A DNA stretch of 64,000 nucleotides from Acidobacteriota bacterium (lineage in GTDB: Bacteria; Acidobacteriota; CAIWXX01): contig JBFMAF010000036.1 of NCBI GenBank assembly GCA_040755995.1, positions 192,001-256,000 on the forward strand, written 5' to 3'. The position numbers were made by a program, and so were the translations under genes. The notes under the pieces were generated by a model. That model saw only the letters and a list, made by a program, of their open reading frames with translations, made no database searches and was not told the origin of the DNA. Below are positions 48,501 through 56,700 of this stretch, piece by piece. Positions within the stretch are counted from its first letter, which is position 1. Each line of letters begins with the position of its first letter.

Positions 48501-50742
48501 TGTTCGAGAGACCGCCCTCAGCGCGTACAGCCACCAGGATGCCCCCATCGAACGGCTGGTCAACGAGCTTCAACCGGTCAGGGATCCCAGCCGCAGCCCT
48601 CTCGTGCAGGTCATGTTTGCTCTGCAGAACCCGCCAGCCGACAGGTTCGACATCGGACCTCTGACGCTCCGCGTCGCCGAGCTTCACAACGGCTCGTCCA
48701 AGCTCGACCTGACCCTCTTCGTGAAGGACGCGGCCGAGGGTCTGGCTGCGACTGTCGAATACAACACCGACCTGTTCGACCGCGATACCGTGGTGCGGAT
48801 GCTCGAGAATTTCCGGACGATGCTGGACGGCGTCGTAGCGAATCCCGACCAGCGCCTCTCGGAGCTGCCGGTTCTGAGTGCCGCGGAGCGGCACCGGCTT
48901 CTCGTCGAATGGAACGACACGCGTTCCGACTACCCGAAGGGCGATTGCCTGCACAACCTCGTCGAGCTGCAGGCGAAACGCATTGCGGGCGCCGCGGCCG
49001 TCGTCTGCGACCACGAGCGCCTGACCTATCGCGAGCTCAACGCCCGAGCCAATCAGCTTGCTCATCACCTCCGCGGCCTCGGCGTCGGCCCGGAGGTTCG
49101 CGTCGGGCTCTGCACGGAACGTTCGGCGAACATGGTGATCGGCCTGCTCGCGATCCTCAAGGCGGGCGGAGCCTACGTGCCTTTGGACCCGGCGTATCCG
49201 AAGGAGCGTGTAGCCTTCATGTTGCGGGACAGCCAGGCGGCAGTATTGATCACCACAGAGCGGCTGCTCGATTCCCTGCCCCGTCATGATGCCCGTATCC
49301 TCTGTCTCGACCGGGACGCCGAATCGATCCTCTGGCGCAGCCGGGAGGATGTGAGGAGCGGTGTGTGCCCGCAGAACCTGGCCTATCTGATCTACACCTC
49401 CGGCTCGACCGGGGTGCCCAAGGCGGTGGCGATCGAGCACAGGAGCGCCGTGACGTTCGTGCACTGGGTGCGCGACAACTTCTCAGATCAAGAGCTCGCC
49501 GGCGTGCTGGCCTCCACTTCCATCTGCTTCGATCTTTCGGTGTTCGAGATCTTCGGGACGCTCGGTCTCGGCGGCAAGGTCATTCTCGCCGACAACGCCC
49601 TGCATCTCCCGGCGCTCGCGGCTGCGCGCGAGGTGACGCTGATCAACACCGTACCTTCGGCGATGGCCGAGCTGCTTCGGATTGACTCGATACCGGCCTC
49701 CGTGGGCACCGTGAATCTCGCCGGGGAGCCCCTGACGAGCTCCCTTGTCCAGCAGCTCTACTCGAAACCGGCGATCCGCCGCGTTCTGAACCTCTATGGG
49801 CCATCCGAGGATACCACGTACTCAACCTCAGCGGTGCTGCGCCCTGACGACGGACGCGCGCCGTCGATCGGGCGGCCCATCGCCGGCACGCAAGTCTACC
49901 TGCTCGACGACACCGGACGCCCTGTACCTCAAGGGGTGCCGGGCGAGCTGTGCATTGGAGGCGAGGGATTGGCAAGGTGCTACCTCGGCCGGCCCGACCT
50001 TACGGCGGCGAGATTCGTCCCCAACCCCTTCAGCGGCGCGGCCGGCGCGCGCATGTACAGGACCGGCGATCTCGCCCGCTACCAGTCCGATGGAAACATC
50101 GAATTCCTCGGCCGCCTCGATCACCAGGTTAAGATCCGTGGTTTCCGCATCGAGCCGGGGGAGATCGAGGCCGCGATCGCACAACATCGGGGCGTGCGCG
50201 AGACGGTGGTCGTGGCTCAGGCAGGCGGACCCGCGGAAGGGCGGCTCATCGCCTACGTGGTCCCTGCGCAAAATCCGCCTCCAACCACGCGCGAGATCCG
50301 TCAGTTCCTCGGGCAGAAGCTGCCGGAGCCGCTGCTGCCGTCCGTCTTCGTGTTTCTGCGAAAACTGCCGCGAACTCCGAACGGCAAGATCGACCGGTCG
50401 GCTCTTCCGGCGCCTGACCCATCGGGCTGCTCGGATGCGGCCCCGGCGCCGCCGCGCACAGAGACCGAGGAGCGGTTGTCGGAGATCTACCAGCAGGTTC
50501 TCTCGGTCGATCGCGTCGGCATTCATGACAACTTCTTCGAGATAGGCGGTCATTCGCTGCTGGCCACCCAGGTGCTCTCCCGAGTGCGATCCGTCTTTCG
50601 CGTCGACCTGCCGCTGCGCAAGGTGTTCTCGGCGCCGACCGTCGCGGGGCTCTCCGAGCAGATCGAAGCGGCTCAGTGGGCGAGCCAGCTGCTGCGATCA
50701 TCGCTCGCGGCGGTGGGAGATCGCGAGGAGGGGGTGCTGTGA
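45571..50742 (+). CDS. NRPS A(Ala)-PCP-C-A(Ala)-PCP with an initiation-type first module
   Basis: No N-terminal C domain. Both A codes are DLFNNALTYK, the C motif is HHIVGDDWS, and the C-terminus is REEGVL. Exact start uncertain. Confidence 0.93.
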   Translation: MKSNIGAKPMGSGEPRPDFADRMNAAKERLSMTSEPRGHRSAAPARGQHGSEASVRPTTQADGRVECLMELFEDQVDRSPGQEALIDGHRRLTYRELEMRSNQLAHRLTAAGVGPEVLVGICMQRSAEMVVGVLGILKAGGAYVPLDPAYPKDRLAIVLEDAQVPVLLTNETELGCLPQLANVETICLDREKGIISQESTERPRRRATARNLAYIIYTSGSTGRPKGVAIEHSSAVTFVMWAGEVFSREELTAVLASTSLCFDLSVFEIFVPLSCGGTVVVARNALQLPSLPASQEVTLINTVPSAMAELVRMDAIPERVRTVNLAGEPLKNTLVQRVYARKTVERVYNLYGPSEDTTYSTFALVPRGGTRAPTIGRPIANSQTYILDAQMHPVPAGEVGELYIGGAGLARGYLNRPDVTAERFVPDPFGGEPGGRLYTTGDLARLLPDGEIDFLGRADHQVKLRGFRIELGEIEVLLEQQRGVREAVVIVREDIPEDKRLVAYVVPDAGARIEPREIRNSLKQKLPEYMLPPAIVVMNSLPLTPNGKVNRLALPAPDWSACGDHREHVGPRTPVEEVLAGVFAEVLGIQRVSVRDNFFEIGGHSLLATRVISRIRSAFGAELPQGRIFDAPTVEALAEAVETALRAGTHDELPPLKRAAREGRDRFPLSFAQQGLWFLDQLAPDSAAYNIPYKVDMTGPLDVSALRSALNEIVKRHEALRTTFHLAEDNPFQRIHPPRPLTIPFIDLSCLSATESEDGVRRMEADEARRLFDLRTGPLMRVVLLRLGREKHKLLLTMHHIVGDDWSSGVLFSELATLYKAFSSGMPSPLPDLPIQPADFALWQRESYSADRLKQELSYWRQRLAGAQGVLELATDRPRPPVRTFSGAAVSLALPPALGDAIKSLCQQEGVTLFMLLMAAFKAFLHRHTGQSDIIVGTPIAARTRAEIEGLISFFVNTLALRTDLSGDPSFRALLRRVRETALSAYSHQDAPIERLVNELQPVRDPSRSPLVQVMFALQNPPADRFDIGPLTLRVAELHNGSSKLDLTLFVKDAAEGLAATVEYNTDLFDRDTVVRMLENFRTMLDGVVANPDQRLSELPVLSAAERHRLLVEWNDTRSDYPKGDCLHNLVELQAKRIAGAAAVVCDHERLTYRELNARANQLAHHLRGLGVGPEVRVGLCTERSANMVIGLLAILKAGGAYVPLDPAYPKERVAFMLRDSQAAVLITTERLLDSLPRHDARILCLDRDAESILWRSREDVRSGVCPQNLAYLIYTSGSTGVPKAVAIEHRSAVTFVHWVRDNFSDQELAGVLASTSICFDLSVFEIFGTLGLGGKVILADNALHLPALAAAREVTLINTVPSAMAELLRIDSIPASVGTVNLAGEPLTSSLVQQLYSKPAIRRVLNLYGPSEDTTYSTSAVLRPDDGRAPSIGRPIAGTQVYLLDDTGRPVPQGVPGELCIGGEGLARCYLGRPDLTAARFVPNPFSGAAGARMYRTGDLARYQSDGNIEFLGRLDHQVKIRGFRIEPGEIEAAIAQHRGVRETVVVAQAGGPAEGRLIAYVVPAQNPPPTTREIRQFLGQKLPEPLLPSVFVFLRKLPRTPNGKIDRSALPAPDPSGCSDAAPAPPRTETEERLSEIYQQVLSVDRVGIHDNFFEIGGHSLLATQVLSRVRSVFRVDLPLRKVFSAPTVAGLSEQIEAAQWASQLLRSSLAAVGDREEGVL

Positions 50743-53700
50743 CAGTCTTGGATCTCGTTTCCCGTCTCCGCGACCAGGACGTCAGGCTCTGGGTAGACGG
50801 CGAGCAGCTTCGATTCAGCGCACCGAAGAACGCACTCTCGCCGGAGCTTCGGGCGGAGCTGGTGGAGCACAAGAGTGAGGTCCTGCAGCTCCTGCGGGAG
50901 GCCGAGGACCGGGAGCGGGAATCGAGCTCACCACTGACGCGGACGAGCCGCGATAGAAGGATACCGCTCTCCCACGCCCAGCAGCGCCTCTGGTTTCTCG
51001 AGCAGCTGGCGCCCGGGACCTCCACGTACAACATGCCGTGCTCCGTGTGGATACAAGGGGAATTGAATCAGCGCACCCTGGAACAGGCTCTCAATGAGAT
51101 CGTCCGGCGGCACGAAGCTCTTCGCACGGTCTTCCCCGAGTCCGAAGGGGCACCGCATCAACAGGTCCTGGACTTCGTCCCTGCGTCCTTGGCAGTGCGA
51201 GATCTCGGTGAGCTGCCGGAAGCCGAGCGGGAGCGGGAGGCGAAGCGGCTGGCCAGCGAGGAGGCCGATCGCCCATTTGACCTCGTGCGCGGACCGCTGC
51301 TCAGGTTCTTCCTGATCCGGCTGCGCTCCACCGATCACATCCTCGTCATGCTGATGCATCACATCGTGTCCGACGGCTGGTCGATCGGCGTGATTCTGCG
51401 CGAGCTCGCCACGATCTACGAGGCCATTCTCGCCGGAGGCCCGTCGCCGCTTCCCGAGCTCGCCGTGCAGTACGCCGATTATGCGTGCTGGCAGCGCAGG
51501 TGGCTCCAGGACGACGTCCTTCGCAGCCAGCTCGCCTACTGGAGACGACAGCTCGAGGGGCCGCTGCCCGTTCTGACGCTGCCGATCGACCATCCGCGCC
51601 CAGCCGTTCAGACGCACAGAGGAGCTGTGCGGTCGATGGCGATCCCAAGAGAGCTCTCCGAGGCTCTGAAGGCCCTGTGTTCGAGCGAAGGCGTGACACT
51701 CAACATGCTGCTGCTGGCTGCCTTCAAAGTCCTGCTGCATCGATACACCGCCCAGGAGGATCTGGTCGTGGGATCGCCGGTTGCCGGCCGGGATCGGAGG
51801 GAGATCGAGGAGCTCGTCGGATTCTTCGTCAAGATGCTGGTGCTGCGCACGGACCTCTCGGGCAACCCACCATTCAAGGTCTTGCTGCAGCGTGTCAAGG
51901 ATGTCACGCTCGGAGCGCTCGCTCACCAGGATGTGCCCTTCGAGATGCTGGTGGATGCGCTGCAGCCCGAGCGCCAACAGAGCTACTCGCCGCTCTTCCA
52001 GGTGGCCTTCGCCTACCAGGCATCCTTGTTCTCATCGTCTCAGGCGCGAGGGGGATTGATCTTCACCCCCGCAGCAATCGAGCGCAGGACGGCGAAGTTC
52101 GATCTGATGCTGGTCATGTCCGAATCGAACACAAGTCTTGAAGCTGAGATTGAATACAACACGGATCTATTCGACGAGGCGACCATCGATCGGATGCTCG
52201 GGCATTTCGAAACGGTCCTCGGGGCTATCGCAAGTGATCCCGACTGCCGGATCTCTGATGTCCCCATTCTGAAGGCCGAAGAGCGGCATCGGCTCGTCGT
52301 CGAGTGGAACCAGACCGGTACGCCATATCCGCGCGGTGCCTGCATCCAGGAGCTTTTCGAAGCGCAGGTCGAACGCACGCCCGAATCGGTGGCGGTCAGG
52401 TATGAGGATGCCCACCTGACCTACCGGGAGCTCAATCGGCGGGCGAACCAGGTGGCTCACCGCTTGCGGAAGCTCGGTGTGAGAACGGATTCTCCTGTCG
52501 GCCTGTACATGGACCGCTCGCCTGAAATGATCGTCGCGATCCTCGGGATTCTGAAAGCCGGAGGAGCCTACGTACCGCTGGACCCGACCTATCCGCCCGA
52601 GCGTCTCGGCTTCATGATCCGAGACGCGGCGGCTCCTGTGCTGATCGTTCAAAAGAGGCTCCTTGGGAGGCTCCCGCCGAATGATGCCTGCGTGCTCTGC
52701 ATCGACTCACAGTGGGAATCCATTGGTAGTGAGAGCACGACGAACCCGGGCTGTGCGGCCAGTCCCGACAGTCTCGCCTACGTGATCTATACGTCGGGAT
52801 CGACGGGGGTGCCGAAGGGCGTCGCCGTTCCGCATCGGGCTGTCATCCGCCTGGTCTGCGACACCGACTTCGTCCAGCTGGGACCTTCCGATCGTGTCGC
52901 GCAGGTCTCGAACAGCTCCTTCGACGCAGCGACCTTCGAAATCTGGGGTGCGCTTCTCAACGGCGGCCAGCTGATCGGGATCACCAAGGACCTCGCCATC
53001 TCACCCCAGGATTTCGCGCGAAGCCTCATCGACGAACGGATCAGCGCGATCTTCCTGACCGTCGCGCTCTTCAACCTGGTCGCCCGCGAGGCGCCGCACG
53101 CCTTCGGCGCCGTGCGCCATTTCATGTTCGGTGGAGAAGCGGCTGATCCTGCGTGGGTCAGAGAAGTCCTGCGGAAGCAGCCGCCGGAGCGGCTCATCAA
53201 CGGCTACGGACCCACCGAGAACACGACCTTCACCGCCTGCCACGTCGTGACGGATCTGCCCGACACGGCCACGTCTGTCCCGATAGGCCGCCCGATTGCC
53301 AACACGACGATCTACATCCTCGACCGGCGCTTGAACCCTGTCCCCGTCGGAGCTCCCGGCGAGCTCTATACGGGCGGAGACGGACTCGCCCGCTGTTACT
53401 TGAGCCGGCCTGAGCTCACGGCTGAACGATTCATCCCTGATCCGTTCTGTCTCGATCCAGGACGACGGCTCTATCGAACCGGGGATCTTGCCCGCCATCG
53501 GCCCGATGGCGTCATCGAGTTCCTCGGGCGCGTCGATCACCAGGTCAAGATCCGCGGCTTCCGCATCGAGCTGGGCGAGATCGAGGCCTGCCTGGCCGAG
53601 CATCCCGATGTGCAAGATTGTGTGGTGCTCGCCCGGGAAGACGATCCCGGCGAAAAGCGTCTGGTCGCCTACCTTGTCCCTCGTGAGGGGCACAGGCGGC

Positions 53701-56700
53701 CCTCGGGAGACGTGCGCGCGTGGCTGCGGGCGAAGCTGCCCGAGTACATGGTGCCGGCGGCTTTCGTCATGCTGGATTCGCTCCCCCTCACGCCCAACGG
53801 CAAGGTTGACCGCGACGCCCTTCCCGCTCCGGAGGGAGACGCGGCTGATGCCGGTCGTGCCTTCGCCGGACCGCGGACGCCGGTGGAAGAGGTCGTGGCG
53901 GGGATCTGGGCGGATGTGTTGAAGCTCGACCGAATCGGAATTCACGACAGCTTCTTCGACCTGGGCGGCCATTCGCTGCTGGCGACCCAGGTGATCTCCC
54001 GGGTGAGGCAGGCATTGCGAGTGGATCTTCCGCTGCGCAGGCTCTTCGACACGCCCACGGTCTCGGGACTGGCCGATGCGCTAGAACGGGCCTTGCGTTC
54101 GGGCGATGAATCGGAGGCCCCGCCGATCGTGCCCGCGTCGAGGGAGGCGGATCTGCCACTCTCTTTCGCGCAACAGCGTCTGTGGTTCCTGGATCAGTGG
54201 GAGTCGGAGAGCCCCTTCTACAGTATCCCTCTGGCGTTGCGTCTCACGGGAGCGCTCGATATCGACGTGATGGTTCGCTGCCTGAACGAGATCGTCGGAC
54301 GTCATGAGTCCTTGCGGACGACCTTCAGAGTAGTCGGCGATGTGCCGCGCCAGGTGATCGCTCCACCCACTCCCATTCCCCTGCCGCTCGTGGACCTCCG
54401 GCATCTGCCGCCGCCCCGGCGAGAGGCCGAGATGCTGCGCCTCGCCTCCGCGGAGTCCCACAAGGCGTTCGACCTTGGTCGAGGCCCGCTCATCCGATCT
54501 CGCCTCCTTCGTCTGCGAGACGAAGAGCATGTGCTGCTACTCACGATTCATCACATCGTAGCGGATGGGTGGTCTCTGGGAGTGCTGTTTCGCGAGCTGG
54601 ATGCGCTCTACGATGCCTTCCGGCGTGGCGATCCATCTCCACTGCCGCCGCTGGCAATCCAGTACGCCGACTTCGCCAACTGGCAGCGGGAGTGGTTGAG
54701 CGGCGATGTTCTCGAACGGCACATCGCCTACTGGAGAGAGAAGCTGGGCGAAGACGTTCCATCCCTGGCCCTCCCGACTGACAGGCCCAGACCGCCGGTT
54801 CAGTCATTCCGCGGCGCCAATTGCAGCTTCGCGCTCCAGGAGGACCTCTGCCGCGCCCTGCGGACCTTGTGTCAACGCGAGGGTGTGACGCTCTTCATGG
54901 CGCTGCTGGGCGCCTTCCAGACTCTGCTGCACCGATACTCGGGGCAGGATGTCATCGTCGTCGGATCGCCGATATCCAACCGCACACGAGTCGAGACCGA
55001 GCCCTTGATCGGGTTTTTCGCAAACACACTGGCCCTCCGGACGGACATGGATCGGGATCCGAGTTTCCGAGAGCTGCTGGGAAGGGTCCGAGAGATCGCT
55101 CTCGGGGCCTATGCCCACCAGGATCTGCCCTTCGAGAAGCTGGTGGAGGAGCTCCATCCTGATCGTGACATGAGCCACACGCCGCTGTTCCAGGTCATGT
55201 TCGTCTTGCAGAACGCCACGCAAGTTCCACGGGAGCTCTCGGGGCTGGCCCTGGAGCTCCTCGACGTCGACACCGGCACGGCCAAGTTCGATCTGACACT
55301 GTCGATGGCGGAGAACGAGCGGGTGATCGATGCCAACTTCGAGTACAACACGGACCTTTTCGAACACGCCACGATCGAGCGGATGGCGGACAACTTCCGA
55401 GTGCTGCTTAGCGGGATCGTGGCCGACCCGTCTGCGGCGATCTCCGAGCTCCCGCTTCTGACCGAGGCGGAGCGGCATCGGATTCTGTCCGCATGGAACG
55501 ACAGCCGGAGCGAGTATCCCGGCGAGCAGTGCATTCATGAATTCTTCGAGGCTCAGGCCGAACGCACGCCGGAAGCCTCGGCGGTGGTCTTCCAGGGTCG
55601 AGAGCTGACCTATCGCGAATTGAATGCGCGGGCGAACCAACTGGCGCATCACTTGCGAAGAAACGGTGTCGGGCCCGACGTGCTCGTGGGGATCTGCATC
55701 GACCGGTCCCTCGAAATGGCCATCGGACTGCTCGGCGTTCTGAAGGCAGGTGGCGCGTACGTCCCGCTCGATCCGGCCTACCCCAAAGAGCGACTGGCCT
55801 TTATGCTGGCCGACGCCCGTGTCTCAGTGCTTCTGACCCGGGAGAGCCTCCGCGGGGAGCTGCCTGCGAGTGGAGCGAGAATCATCTGCCTCGACAACGG
55901 ATGGGAGGCCGTCGCGGCGGAATCGCCCGCAAACCTTGAGTCGGGTGCGACGGCCGACAACCTGTCCTACGTGATCTACACGTCGGGATCCACCGGGCAG
56001 CCCAAGGGCGTGGTGCTGACACACCGGACGCTGACGAACCTCGTTACATGGCAGCTGCAGGACTTCTTCGCCGCGCCGAATGCCCGGACTCTGCAGTTCG
56101 CACCACCCAGCTTCGATGTCTCATGCCAGGAGATCTTCTCCACCTGGAGCGCCGGGGGCACCCTGGTGCTCATACCGGAAGAGACCAGGCGCGACGGATG
56201 GGCTCTCCTTCGTTTTCTCAACAGCGAGAGGATCGAGCGGTTGTTCGTGCCGTTTGTGGCTCTTCAACAAGTCGCCGAGATGGTGGGCGCGGGCGGCCCG
56301 CTGCCCGCGCATCTGGGTGAAGTCATCACGGCGGGCGAACAGCTTCTCACGACTACTGCGATCACAAAGCTCTTCGGCAGATTGAGCGATTGCGCCCTCG
56401 CGAACCAGTACGGTCCGTCCGAAGCGCACGTGGTGACCGCTTACGCTCTCTCCGGCGCGCCCTCCGGCTGGCCGAAGCTGCCGCCCATCGGCCGCCCCAT
56501 CGCCAACACTGGAATCTACATCCTGGATCGGAGGCTGCAACCTGTGCCGATCGGCGTCGCGGGCGAGTTGTACATCGGTGGAGACGGTCTGGCCCGAGGC
56601 TACCTGAACAGGCCCGAGGCCACGGCGGAACGGTTCATCCCGCATCCTTTCAGCGCGGAGCCTGGAGCGCGCCTGTATAGAACCGGGGATCTCGCGCGAC